Shown here in pieces: positions 52,644-61,839 of a stretch of 64,000 nt of DNA. Both the position numbers and the translations under genes were made by a program. The notes below the pieces were generated by a model. The model was not told the DNA's origin and did no database searches. It was given only the letters and a program-made list of their open reading frames with translations. Position 1 is the stretch's first letter. The number at the start of each line of letters is the position of its first letter. This stretch comes from an uncultured Chloroflexia bacterium (GTDB taxonomy: Bacteria; Chloroflexota; Limnocylindria; Limnocylindrales; CSP1-4). The stretch is from positions 478,015 through 542,014 of the forward strand of contig CAVXTU010000001.1 of NCBI GenBank assembly GCA_963764785.1, written 5' to 3'.

Positions 52644-53035
52644 GCCTCGTCCAGTGGGGGCTCCGGTTCCTCATCGAGGATCTGGCGCAGCCGCTGTAGT
52701 TCAGCAGGTGAGAGACGGTTCTGCTCGATCAGGTGCGTGACGAGCGGAGCCAGCGACCCGTGGGTCAGGCGCTCGGCGAGCGACTCGAGCTGGCTGCTGG
52801 CGTAGTCCTCACGTCCCACGGCAGCCGAGAACAGGTGCACGGCGAGCCGGGTATCGCGGCGAACGTAGCCCTTCTCCTCAAGGCGTTGCAGCAATCGCTG
52901 GACGGTGCCGTGCTGCGCCTTCGGCGACTCCGGATAGAGCCGTTCGCGGATCTCGCGCGCCGTCAGTCGCTCCTCGTCCCAGAGCAGATCCATGATCGCG
53001 AGCTCGGCGTTGGCGAGAGGCGGTCGCGTCGGCAT
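52640..53035 (-). CDS. BlaI/MecI/CopY-family transcriptional repressor
   Basis: LANAELAIMDLLWDEERLTAREIRERL...HGTVQRLLQRLEEKGYVRR winged helix. Its stop overlaps the M56 gene start. Confidence 0.85.
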   Translation of the reverse strand: MPTRPPLANAELAIMDLLWDEERLTAREIRERLYPESPKAQHGTVQRLLQRLEEKGYVRRDTRLAVHLFSAAVGREDYASSQLESLAERLTHGSLAPLVTHLIEQNRLSPAELQRLRQILDEEPEPPLDEA

Positions 53036-53054
53036 CGGTCCTCGGCGGGCTAGT

Positions 53055-53091
53055 ACGACTGAACGTCGTTATTGTACGACAACTTGTCGTA
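53055..53091. promoter_or_regulatory. palindromic operator candidates in the blaI / RTX-like divergent region
   Basis: Perfect 8-1-8 inverted repeat tacgacaa-c-ttgtcgta (53075-53091), plus acgac-tgaac-gtcgt (53055-69) sharing the TACGAC half-site. Confidence 0.55.
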
Positions 53092-53177
53092 TGGTACGGT
53101 TCCGCCGGCAACGAGGAGCGCTACGGACGTTCATGCCGTGCCCCAGACCGGCGCTCCGGAAGCAGAAGGAAGGTGAC

Positions 53178-53930
53178 ATGCCCCAGTTTCGACACCTCGG
53201 TGCAGCGGCGGCGATGGTAGCAGTCTCGATGGTGGCTTTCTCGTCGGTGGCCGCGGCACATCCCGGCCACCGGTTCGACCACGTCTACATCGGCACCACC
53301 GGGCCGGACACGTTCACGGCCGCGCCCGGCGACCGCGATCTGATCATCGGCCGGGCTGGCGATGACGAGCTCGACGCCGGCGACAGGCATGATCGTGTCT
53401 ACGGCGGTCGCGGAGACGACCTCATCTATGGCGGGGGTGGGAGCGACCTGATCCTGGCCGGACCGGGCAACGACGGGGTGCGCGCCGGAGACGGCCGGGA
53501 CCGCGTCATGGCCGGTCGCGGTGACGACAGGATCGCCGGTGGCGCGGGCCCCAACCTACTGGTCGGTGGACCTGGTGACGATGTCATCTACGGTGGCGAC
53601 GACCATGACCGAGTCCTTGGTGGGCCCGGTCACGACACCATCGATGCTGGCGACGGACGCGACCTCGTGCGCGGTGGACGCGGCGGCGACAGCATCGGCG
53701 GCGGCGACGGGAATGACAAGGTCGCGGGTGGTCCCGGCAGCGACACGATGACGGGTGGTCCCGGCCACGACCTCCTGCTCGGGGGTCCTGGCGATGACAT
53801 CATCTACGCCGCCGATGGTGAGGCCGACCGAGTCGATTGTGGTCCCGGCGATGACGACTACACAGCGGACGACATCGACAGCGTGGCCGCCAACTGCGAG
53901 AACGACATCTCCACCGACATCGCTCCGTAG
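53178..53930 (+). CDS. secreted calcium-binding beta-roll protein with RTX-like GGxGxD nonapeptide repeats
   Basis: Signal peptide MPQFRHLGAAAAMVAVSMVAFSSVAAA. At least 15 consecutive 9-residue units (GGRGDDLIY GGGGSDLIL AGPGNDGVR ... GGPGDDIIY). RBS AAGGAAGG precedes ATG 53178. Confidence 0.8.
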   Translation: MPQFRHLGAAAAMVAVSMVAFSSVAAAHPGHRFDHVYIGTTGPDTFTAAPGDRDLIIGRAGDDELDAGDRHDRVYGGRGDDLIYGGGGSDLILAGPGNDGVRAGDGRDRVMAGRGDDRIAGGAGPNLLVGGPGDDVIYGGDDHDRVLGGPGHDTIDAGDGRDLVRGGRGGDSIGGGDGNDKVAGGPGSDTMTGGPGHDLLLGGPGDDIIYAADGEADRVDCGPGDDDYTADDIDSVAANCENDISTDIAP

Positions 53931-54017
53931 TCCCTCATCGGAGCAGATGCCTGCGAGAGCGCCGGGGCTCACTACCCGGCGCTCTCGCTTCGTGGATGGC
54001 TCCAGGTGTGACGACGA

Positions 54018-54719
54018 GTGCGGTACGGGTGCCAGAATGGCTGGGTGATACGCGGTTCGGTCCACGGTGGCGACGTCTTCGCGTTCGAGCAGGTCAGCGT
54101 GACCTTCGGAACGACCGTCGTCCTCGACCGGATCGACCTCCATATCCCGAGCAGCGGGATCACCGTCGTGAGCGGCCCGTCGGGTTCAGGCAAGTCCACG
54201 CTGACACGGCTTTGCAACCGGCTGCTCGACGCAAGCCAGGGGGTCGTGCGCCACCGAGGCCAGGACGTGATGGACCTCGACGTGCTGGCACTCCGCCGCC
54301 ACGTTGGTATGGTCTTCCAGCGACCGACACTCTTCGATGGCTCGGTTCGCCACAACCTGGCCGCCACCGGCGTGCAGGACCCCGACTCGCACGCTGCGGT
54401 ACTGGAGTCGGTGGGATTGGGGCCGGTGTTCCTTGAGCGCGCCGCGAACACGTTGTCTGGCGGCGAGTCACAGCGGGTCTGCCTGGCCCGAACCCTGCTC
54501 ATGCGGCCTGAGGCGTTGGTCGCCGATGAACCCACCGCGTCGCTCGACGAAGACTCGGCCCGGACGCTCGAAGAGCTCGCGCGAGGTCTGTCGCGTGATG
54601 GCGTTCCGATCCTGTGGGTCACCCACGACCCAGCCCAGGCGGATCGGATCGCTGACCACCGGGTGACCCTCGACCAGGGTCGAGTCAGCCGGAGCCACAT
54701 GGCGAGTGGTCCGGCGTGA
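54018..54719 (+). CDS. ABC transporter ATP-binding protein (FetA/YbbL-like)
   Basis: GPSGSGKSTL, LSGGESQRVCLAR, LVADEPTASLD. Start may be GTG 54045. Confidence 0.8.
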   Translation: MRYGCQNGWVIRGSVHGGDVFAFEQVSVTFGTTVVLDRIDLHIPSSGITVVSGPSGSGKSTLTRLCNRLLDASQGVVRHRGQDVMDLDVLALRRHVGMVFQRPTLFDGSVRHNLAATGVQDPDSHAAVLESVGLGPVFLERAANTLSGGESQRVCLARTLLMRPEALVADEPTASLDEDSARTLEELARGLSRDGVPILWVTHDPAQADRIADHRVTLDQGRVSRSHMASGPA

Positions 54720-55492
54720 CGGGCGGCCCGGTCGAGATCCTTGGTGTTGCCGCCTCCGGCTTGCTCGTGCTCCTGGCCGTCGGGGTCTCGGCGTGGGCTG
54801 GTCTGGGGTTGGAGCGGTCGCTCCTGGCGGCGGCACTCCGGGCGCTCGCCCAGCTGGCGCTGCTCGGATTGGTGCTGGCGGCCATCCTGGCGCCAGGTAG
54901 CCCTGTCTTGCTCTCCTGGCTGTGGGTCCTGGTGATGATCGTGTTCGCCGGCTGGACGGTCGCGCGTCGTGTGCCCGGCGTGCCGCGACTGGGGCTGCTG
55001 TCGATGGCCGCCTTCGCGGCATCGGCCGTGATCACGCTGGGGATCCTCTTCGGTGCGGCCGTCTTTCCCGTCAGCAGCACCACCATCGTGCCGTTGGCAG
55101 GGCTGATGATCGGGAACTCCATGACCGCCGCGGTGCTGGTGACTCGCCGCGTAACCGCCGAATTCCATGACAAGCGGCTCGAGATCGAAGCAAGGCTGTC
55201 TCTCGGTCAGCCGTCCTCCCAGGCCGCGGCCCCCTATCTGCGGGAGTCGTTGCGCACCGCGCTCATCCCCCAGATCGAGTCCACCAAGGCCGTCGGCATC
55301 GTATTCCTGCCGGGCATGATGGTTGGCCTTCTCCTGGCCGGCGTGACCCCGCTGGGAGCAGTCGAGGCGCAGCTCGTCATCATGTACCTCGTCCTCGGCT
55401 CGGTGGCGGTGACCACGAGCGTCATCGCCCTGGGCCTGCGGCGGATCCTGTTCACGACGAGCCACCAGCTGCGGTTGCCGGCCCGCGACTGA
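54716..55492 (+). CDS. UPF0014/FetB-like ABC permease
   Basis: 258-aa polytopic ORF with PLAGLMIGNSM and IPQIESTKAVGIVFLPGMMVG, typical of YbbM/FetB. Confidence 0.8.
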   Translation: MTGGPVEILGVAASGLLVLLAVGVSAWAGLGLERSLLAAALRALAQLALLGLVLAAILAPGSPVLLSWLWVLVMIVFAGWTVARRVPGVPRLGLLSMAAFAASAVITLGILFGAAVFPVSSTTIVPLAGLMIGNSMTAAVLVTRRVTAEFHDKRLEIEARLSLGQPSSQAAAPYLRESLRTALIPQIESTKAVGIVFLPGMMVGLLLAGVTPLGAVEAQLVIMYLVLGSVAVTTSVIALGLRRILFTTSHQLRLPARD

Positions 55493-55510
55493 TCACCCGC
55501 GAGGGCTGAC

Positions 55511-56440
55511 TCAGCCGGTCGCTGTGCCCGTCCCCAGCGCGTCGCTGATGGAGCCGACAAGCGCTCGCATGAGGTCGGCGTAGTCGCCCCCGTCAGGCAG
55601 TTGCTCGACCCGCAGTTCGACGATCCGGGCACCTGTCTCCTCGGCGATCGCCTGAGCCACTGCTGGTGGGGTTCCGACATCGGTGAACACGACGGTCGTG
55701 CCGGTGCTGCGGATGGCCTCCACGAGCGCAGCGACCTCCCGGGCTGACGGCTCGTCGGACGAGCTCAGACCGGGGACGATCGTGCCGATGATCTGGAGCC
55801 CGTACCGGTCGGCCAGGTAGCCCAGGGCGCCGTGTCCGGACACCAGCCGGCGGTCCTCGTCCGGGATGGTGGCCAGGGAGGCCGCCAGCTCCGCATCGAG
55901 CGCCGTGAGCTCGTCCGCGAACGTCTCGGCCCGATCACCGATGTCGATGCCTTCCTGCGACAGCACCTGGCCCAGGGCCAGGACGACATCACGCATGGCC
56001 AGGGGATCCAGCCAGAAGTGCGGATCGCCCGACTCGGCCTGCTGCCCTGCTTCGCCTTCCTCGTGCTCGGCGAAGGCCGGGTCCGTGTCGCGCACGGTGA
56101 TGTGGTCGGTCGCATAGAACACGGGGACGCCGTCCGCGGCAGCCTGTTCGAGGACGCCGACCAGGCCTTCCTCGAGGTCCAGTCCATTGGCCACGATGAG
56201 GTCGGCCTCGAAGAGGGCCTGGCTATCCCGGGCCGATGGCTGCCAGCTATGCGGGTCGGCACCGCCGCTCATCAACGTGGTCACGTCGGCCGCATCACCG
56301 ACCAGGCTTGACACGACCGAGCCGAGGACTTCGGTCGTGACCACGACGACCGGTCGATCCGGTTCCTCGGCCGCGATGGGTCCTGACGCAGGGCCAGCCC
56401 ACACGACAAGCGCTAGCGCGATCGCGATCGTCTTTCTCAT
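55511..56440 (-). CDS. metal (Zn/Mn) ABC substrate-binding protein, ZnuA/TroA family
   Basis: Signal peptide; ADPHSWQPS, GDPHFWLDP, SGHGALGYL metal-ligand motifs; an acidic/His loop AEHEEGEAGQQAE. Confidence 0.82.
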   Translation of the reverse strand: MRKTIAIALALVVWAGPASGPIAAEEPDRPVVVVTTEVLGSVVSSLVGDAADVTTLMSGGADPHSWQPSARDSQALFEADLIVANGLDLEEGLVGVLEQAAADGVPVFYATDHITVRDTDPAFAEHEEGEAGQQAESGDPHFWLDPLAMRDVVLALGQVLSQEGIDIGDRAETFADELTALDAELAASLATIPDEDRRLVSGHGALGYLADRYGLQIIGTIVPGLSSSDEPSAREVAALVEAIRSTGTTVVFTDVGTPPAVAQAIAEETGARIVELRVEQLPDGGDYADLMRALVGSISDALGTGTATG

Positions 56441-56448
56441 GGGCTATA

Positions 56449-56463
56449 TGATACTCAGTATCA
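56449..56463. promoter_or_regulatory. 7-1-7 palindrome, candidate Zur/Fur-family box immediately upstream of the znuA-like start
   Basis: tgatact-c-agtatca, 9 nt upstream of ATG 56440 and overlapping the zur stop codon. Confidence 0.5.
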
Positions 56464-56916
56464 GTAGGTCGGTCCAGCCTGCGTGCGGCCCCGGCCCTGG
56501 CAGCGTGGGCAACGGCCGAACAGCTCGAGTCGATGCGAGTCGACCTGCCAGCCCGTGCGTGCCTGGATGTCGTCGATGGCCGGGCCCAGGCCCATGTCCT
56601 CCACTTCGGTCACCCGCCCGCAGACATCGCAGACCATGTGGTGATGGTGATACGTGGGGGCACAGGGCACGTAGGCATGATCGCCACTGGGCAGATCGAT
56701 GCGTTCGAGGACCTCGAGCTCGGTGAACAACTCGAGGGCGCGGAAGATCGTGGCGCGGCCGATATCCAGGTCGCGGGCGCGCGCGTCGTCCATCAGGTCA
56801 TTGGCCGTGAAGTGCCCATCGCGGGCAGCCACCAGCTCAGCCACGGCACGACGAGGCTCGGTCAGACGGTAGCCGGCGCCACCCATGGCATCGACGAGGG
56901 GTTCCGAGGAGGTCAT
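56461..56916 (-). CDS. zur: Fur-family metalloregulator (Zur-like)
   Basis: RLTEPRRAVAELVA...DIGRATIFRALELF...HHHHMVCDVCGRV...GRCPRCQ (two CxxC pairs), adjacent to the ZnuA-like gene. ATG 56916 is preferred. Confidence 0.75.
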   Translation of the reverse strand: MTSSEPLVDAMGGAGYRLTEPRRAVAELVAARDGHFTANDLMDDARARDLDIGRATIFRALELFTELEVLERIDLPSGDHAYVPCAPTYHHHHMVCDVCGRVTEVEDMGLGPAIDDIQARTGWQVDSHRLELFGRCPRCQGRGRTQAGPTY

Positions 56917-57022
56917 GTCTGGCCATCGTAACCATTGAACAGCGGTGGCGCGTTCGGGGCTCGAGGTGCGAGCGGCGGGCACGGTGGCATCTTCACGGAT
57001 CGGTCGGGTCGCCGGGCGCGGG

Positions 57023-57060
57023 CATGAAGAAGGGCCCGCTTCCCTGGGGGAGTCGGGCCC
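57023..57060 (-). terminator. possible terminator after the cold-shock gene
   Basis: On the minus strand: gggcccg...cgggccc stem followed by ttcttcat. Confidence 0.4.
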
Positions 57061-57106
57061 ATTCGCATCTGGTCGACGGCGTGAAGCCGCCGGCTGCTAG
57101 CTCGAG

Positions 57107-57310
57107 CTAGACGAGGCGAACCTTCTGGGCCTGCGGGCCCTTGGGGCTCTGGCCGACCTCGAACTCGACCTTCTCGCCACCGGCGAGGCGGTCGAAGTCC
57201 GACGAGGACTCGAGCTCGTTGCGGTGGAAGAAGTATTCCTTGCCGTCGTCAGCAGCGATGAAACCGAAGCCACGATCAGAGACGAGCTTCTTGACAGATC
57301 CGGTGGCCAT
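57107..57310 (-). CDS. cold-shock domain protein (CspA family)
   Basis: MATGSVKKLVSDRGFGFIAADDGKEYFFH (RNP1/RNP2 motifs), 67 aa. GGAGG RBS precedes ATG 57310. Confidence 0.9.
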   Translation of the reverse strand: MATGSVKKLVSDRGFGFIAADDGKEYFFHRNELESSSDFDRLAGGEKVEFEVGQSPKGPQAQKVRLV

Positions 57311-57436
57311 ATGGGCCTCCTTGAGTATCCCGAACCAGGGACGCAGTACGCACGGTCCGTTCGAGACAAGGGGCTGACCACGCGGGCGGGCTGCGACATG
57401 CAGCGAGCACAAACGTAGCACTTTCTGGCGAAGCGG

Positions 57437-59074
57437 TCATCCCCCGAAATTCACGACCCGGTCGACATGCGCTCCGATGGTCGGCCGGTGGGAGATGGCC
57501 AGCACGGTCTTACCGGTCAGCCAGGGGTCCAGGGCCGACCACAGTGCCGTCTCGGTCGTGCTGTCGAGATCGGCCGTGACCTCGTCGAGGATCACGATCG
57601 GCGCGTCTTTCAGGACGGCGCGCGCGATGGCCAGCCGACGGCGCTCGCCGCCGCTCAGCAGGAGCCCATCCTCGCCGATGACGGTGTGATAGCCCTCGGG
57701 CAGCCCGCCGATGAGGTCCGACAGCTGGGCCACCCGGCAGGCGTGCTCCATCCTGGCCCGGTCCGCATCGGCGGCCGCTACCGCCAGGTTGTCCTCGATG
57801 GTGGCATTGAAGAGATGGACGTCTTGCGGCACCACGCTGAACATGGCTCGTACTTCGTCCTGGGCAAGCTCGTGCAGCTCGTGACCGCCCACAGCGACAG
57901 ACCCCGCCTCGTAGTCCCAGAAGCGCAGCAGCAGCGACAGCAGCGTGGTCTTGCCGGAGCCGCTGGGCCCCACCAGGGCGACACGCTCACCAGCCTCGAC
58001 ATGGAGGTCGAAGTCGCGCAGCACCCACGGCTCGGATGGGACGTAGCGGAAGCCGAGGCCACGGAAGTCGAGGTCGAAGGTGCTGGGCATGGGCGACGGC
58101 ACCGGAGGGTCGACCACGGGTGGAGGCTCATCGATGAGCTCGAACAGTCGACGTGCCGATCCGCGCGTCGAGTCCAGCAGCTGAAGCGATCGCGACAACG
58201 GCTGGACCGCTTCGAAGGCGGCGATGGCCGCCAACGGCAGCACGGCGAGGAAGACGCCTTCCATCTGGCCCGATGTCACCAGGGGGATGGACAGCGCCAG
58301 GATGGTCAATCCGGCCAACGAGGCGAAGAGGCTCGACAACGTGGTGCTGACACCCTCGATGGTACCCAACCGCCGCCGGATCCGGTCGACTTCGGCGCCA
58401 CGGGCCAGCAACCGCCGTCTATGGTCTCCGGCGGCATCAAGCGCGACAAGGTCGGCGACGCCGTGGATCTCGTCCACGATCAGCGCGCCCACGTCTCCAC
58501 GGATGGGCGCCAGGGCGGCGGCCGAGCCCGTAGACAGCCATCGTGTGGCCAGCGGCAGCAGGACACCCGTGAGGAGCAGGAACAGCGCCAGGACCAACCC
58601 GAGGGAGAGATCGAAGAGCCCGTAGAGCATGGAGAGGCCGGTCACCACGACCGCCGCCACCAGCGGCGGGATGACCACCCGGATGTAGAAATCTTCCAGG
58701 GCATCCACGTCGGCCACCGCGCGCGTCAGCAGGTCCCCGCTCTGGCGGTGGACCAGGTGAGCCGGTGCCAGGGGCTCGATGGCCGCGTAGAACCAGACCC
58801 GCACCGTGGCCAGGATCCGGAACATGCCGCGGTGCGTCGCGAGCCGCTCAAGGTAGCGCAACCCGGCGCGGGAGATCGCCAGCACGCGCACACCGGTGAT
58901 GGCCAGCGCCAGGTCGGCGACGCTGGTGGCGATGGCGGCCCGCGAGATGAGATACGCCGAGAGCGCCATCAGCGCGATGTTGGCGCCGATGGCGATCACG
59001 CCGAGCAGGACACCGATGGCCAGCCACGGCCAATGCGGCGTGATCAGGACCAGCAGCCGTCGCACGTCGGTCAT
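57437..59074 (-). CDS. cydC: thiol reductant ABC exporter subunit CydC
   Basis: Fused TMD-NBD: GPSGSGKTTLL, LSGGERRRLAIAR, VILDEVTADLD. ATGA overlap with the upstream gene. Confidence 0.8.
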   Translation of the reverse strand: MTDVRRLLVLITPHWPWLAIGVLLGVIAIGANIALMALSAYLISRAAIATSVADLALAITGVRVLAISRAGLRYLERLATHRGMFRILATVRVWFYAAIEPLAPAHLVHRQSGDLLTRAVADVDALEDFYIRVVIPPLVAAVVVTGLSMLYGLFDLSLGLVLALFLLLTGVLLPLATRWLSTGSAAALAPIRGDVGALIVDEIHGVADLVALDAAGDHRRRLLARGAEVDRIRRRLGTIEGVSTTLSSLFASLAGLTILALSIPLVTSGQMEGVFLAVLPLAAIAAFEAVQPLSRSLQLLDSTRGSARRLFELIDEPPPVVDPPVPSPMPSTFDLDFRGLGFRYVPSEPWVLRDFDLHVEAGERVALVGPSGSGKTTLLSLLLRFWDYEAGSVAVGGHELHELAQDEVRAMFSVVPQDVHLFNATIEDNLAVAAADADRARMEHACRVAQLSDLIGGLPEGYHTVIGEDGLLLSGGERRRLAIARAVLKDAPIVILDEVTADLDSTTETALWSALDPWLTGKTVLAISHRPTIGAHVDRVVNFGG

Positions 59075-60834
59075 GCCGGATACGCTCGTTCACCGTGATC
59101 GCGGATGAGGCGCCCATAGGCACCCTTCCCTTCGCCGCTTAGCAACGTGACCGGGGAGCCGATCTCGACCACGCGACCGGCCTCGAGGACAGCCACACGA
59201 TCGGCGCGCTGCGCGAGCCGAAGCCGGTGGGCGATGACCAGGACCGTTCGGCCTGCGACCAGGCGGTCGAGTGCGTCGGCGATGGCGATCTCGCTGGCCT
59301 CATCCTGGTGCGAGGTCGCTTCGTCGAGCAGCAGCAACGGGGCATCACGCAGGAACGCTCGAGCGATGGCGATGCGTTGCCGCTGGCCACCTGAGAGCCG
59401 GGTACCGCCCTCCCCCAGTGGCGTGTCGTAGCCCCGGGGCAGGCTGGCGATGAAGTCGGCCGCGTTGGCAGCCCGGGCGGCGGCCTCGATCGCGACGTCG
59501 TCAGCACCGGGTCGGGCCATGCGGATGTTTTCCGCGACCGAACCGGCGAAGAGGTGCGGACGCTGCGGAACCCACGCCAGGCAGGCGCGCCAGGCAGGCG
59601 GCGAGTGATCAGCCAGCAGGTGCTCGTCGATCTCGATGGTGCCACCATCAGGCTCGATGAAGCGCAAGAGCAGGTTGGCCACGGTCGACTTGCCAGCGCC
59701 GCTGGCACCGACCAGCGCCAACGACCTGCCGGGCTCGAGTTCCAGGCTGATGCCGTCGAGGGCGGGAGCATCGCGACCGGAGTAGGTGAAGCGGACGTCG
59801 TTGAAGTGGATGCTCGGCGGAGCCTGGAGCGCCGGTCGGGCTGGACCCTCCTCCATCTCGTCGAGTGCCTCGCCCAGGGGAGCGGGTTCATCGAGGACCT
59901 CGAACATCCGGGTGGTGGCGGCCCGACCGGCCGTGCCGACGTGATACCGGATGGCCAGCTGACGGAGTGGCAGGAAGAACTCGGGCGTGACCAGAAGCAC
60001 CGCCAGGGCACGTTCGAAGGCGATGTCCCCCTGGAGGAGACGGAGCCCGATCTCCACGGCGACCAGCGCGATGGCGATGGTGGCACCCCACTCCAGGACC
60101 AGCGACGTCTGGAATGCGGTCCGCAGCAGGTCCATGGTGGTGTCGCCATAGCGCTCGCTGATGCGGCGCAGGTTCTCGACCTGCTCATGGCTTCGCCCGA
60201 ACATCTTGAGCGTCCCGATGCCACGCAGGATGTCAAGGAAGAAGGCGCTGAGCGTGCGCATCTCCACGAAGCGCTGTTGCGTGATGGCTCCGGTGCGGCC
60301 GCCGATGACCGCCAGCAACAGCACCAGCAACGGACCTGTCAGTAGCAGGACCAGGACCGATAGCGGGTCCAGGGCCAGCACCACGAGGAGCACCAACAGT
60401 GGCACCGACATGGCCAGCCATCGGGCCGGCAGGAACTGGGTCACATAGTCGTCGACGGCGTCGAGCCCGGCCATCAACACGCCAGAGATCTCGCCGCTGC
60501 GCTCGCGCTGCGTCCAGGTCGGGCCCAGCCGAAGCACCTGGCCGCTGAGGTCGGACCGAAGGCTCCCTACCAACGAATAGGCGGAGTGTCGGGCTGCGAG
60601 TTCGGCCAGGGCACCGAACCCCGCTCGCACCACGAGGAGCCCCAGACCCACCGCCAGCAACGGCATCACGTCCTCGAGAGAGCGACCCTCGAGGAAGACG
60701 CCCGCCACGGTCATGGCCACGGCGATCAGCTGCCCGATGAGCGCACCGACGGCGATCACGCCGGCCACGATGGCGGTGATGAGCCAGGCACGCGCTTGTC
60801 GGTCGTGGCCGACAAGTCGGCGATCAGTCGTCAT
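59071..60834 (-). CDS. cydD: thiol reductant ABC exporter subunit CydD
   Basis: Fused TMD-NBD: GASGAGKSTV, LSGGQRQRIAIARAF, LLLDEATSHQD. First gene of the pair. Confidence 0.8.
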   Translation of the reverse strand: MTTDRRLVGHDRQARAWLITAIVAGVIAVGALIGQLIAVAMTVAGVFLEGRSLEDVMPLLAVGLGLLVVRAGFGALAELAARHSAYSLVGSLRSDLSGQVLRLGPTWTQRERSGEISGVLMAGLDAVDDYVTQFLPARWLAMSVPLLVLLVVLALDPLSVLVLLLTGPLLVLLLAVIGGRTGAITQQRFVEMRTLSAFFLDILRGIGTLKMFGRSHEQVENLRRISERYGDTTMDLLRTAFQTSLVLEWGATIAIALVAVEIGLRLLQGDIAFERALAVLLVTPEFFLPLRQLAIRYHVGTAGRAATTRMFEVLDEPAPLGEALDEMEEGPARPALQAPPSIHFNDVRFTYSGRDAPALDGISLELEPGRSLALVGASGAGKSTVANLLLRFIEPDGGTIEIDEHLLADHSPPAWRACLAWVPQRPHLFAGSVAENIRMARPGADDVAIEAAARAANAADFIASLPRGYDTPLGEGGTRLSGGQRQRIAIARAFLRDAPLLLLDEATSHQDEASEIAIADALDRLVAGRTVLVIAHRLRLAQRADRVAVLEAGRVVEIGSPVTLLSGEGKGAYGRLIRDHGERAYPA

Positions 60835-60938
60835 CGACCCTCAGGGTCAGCCGGGGTCTCGACCTGGCATCCAGTCCAGCATCGCGCAACAGGGAGGCGG
60901 CGGTCATGCCGCGCTGATCGAGCTCGCCGCTCCAGCAC

Positions 60939-61759
60939 CTATCCCTTGCTGAAGAACAGCTGCCATTCGAGATCTCCGCTGTCCTCGACCGAGACCACGA
61001 TCGGAGCCGTGGGCATGGTGATCCCGAACGAGGTGAAGTCCAGCGGCAGCGTGCCCACGACCGCGACCACATCACCGACACGCTGACCGGTGAGCTCAAG
61101 CGAGACCTCCTGGTCCACGCCGTGGATATCGAGCACGCCCGGAACCGTCGCCATGAACGGCTCACCCTCGACGGGCACGGCCCCAAGGTCCACCGGCGCA
61201 CTCGAGGTGAACGTGGCGGTCGGGAAGTCGGACGTCTCAAGGGCGCGCTGGATGGAGGATCACGGCGAGACTGGTCACTCCGGATGCCGGTGAGATCGGC
61301 CTCGATCGAGGCAGACTCAAGGGTCGTACCGGCGACCGTGAGCTCGCCGCTCACGGCCGGCGTGCGACCGACCGCTTCAGACTCACCGATGTTGTCCAGC
61401 ACCTCTGCCACGCGGAACCCGACCCAGCTGCTCGTGAAGTCCTCGAAATCGCCGAGCTCCGTGTCGAGCGTCCACGTTCCGTCGATGCCACCAGCGCCGG
61501 TGCTATCGGTCACCGGGGACTGGACCGCTGCCGGAGACTCGGTCAGGGCCGACGCGGTCGGTTCCTGGGACTCCTGCGCATAGACGCCGCGACTGCCGAC
61601 GATGAGGGCGGCCACCATGGCCATGGCGGCGATGAGCGCAAGCACGAAGCCACGCTGCTGAAGCAAGGGACGGACTTGAGCCTGGTGCACGTCGATCTCC
61701 TGAAGCTGGGACTGGGACGGCGCAGCATATCGGCCCCTCTCGAATCCCGTGCCGGCCAC
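60939..61759 (-). CDS. YceI-family protein with N-terminal membrane anchor (apparent -1 frame break near 61250-61262)
   Basis: GTWTLDTE...SWVGFRVAEVL...GIRSDQSRRD | SIQRALETSDFPTATFTS...PGVLDIHGVDQEVSLEL...LEWQLFFSKG. Confidence 0.72.
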
Positions 61760-61839
61760 GCGTCAGGGGCCAGGTTAGGCGGGCCTGCCGAAGCACGGGC
61801 CTCATGGGACCATCGCACCTGACCACCACCCCTGTGTCG

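Noticed and set aside
53395-53800. 27-nt periodic nucleotide repeat considered as a tandem DNA repeat/VNTR.
   Set aside because: The periodicity is at the protein level (GGxGxD nonapeptides with divergent codons) inside an intact ORF. It is reported as an RTX-like CDS instead.
57097-57110. Perfect 14-nt palindrome ctagctcgagctag containing NheI-like and XhoI sites at the csp stop codon; considered as a cloning scar.
   Set aside because: The flanks are normal genomic sequence with an intact csp gene. A short palindrome at a gene end is adequately explained as a hairpin or by chance.
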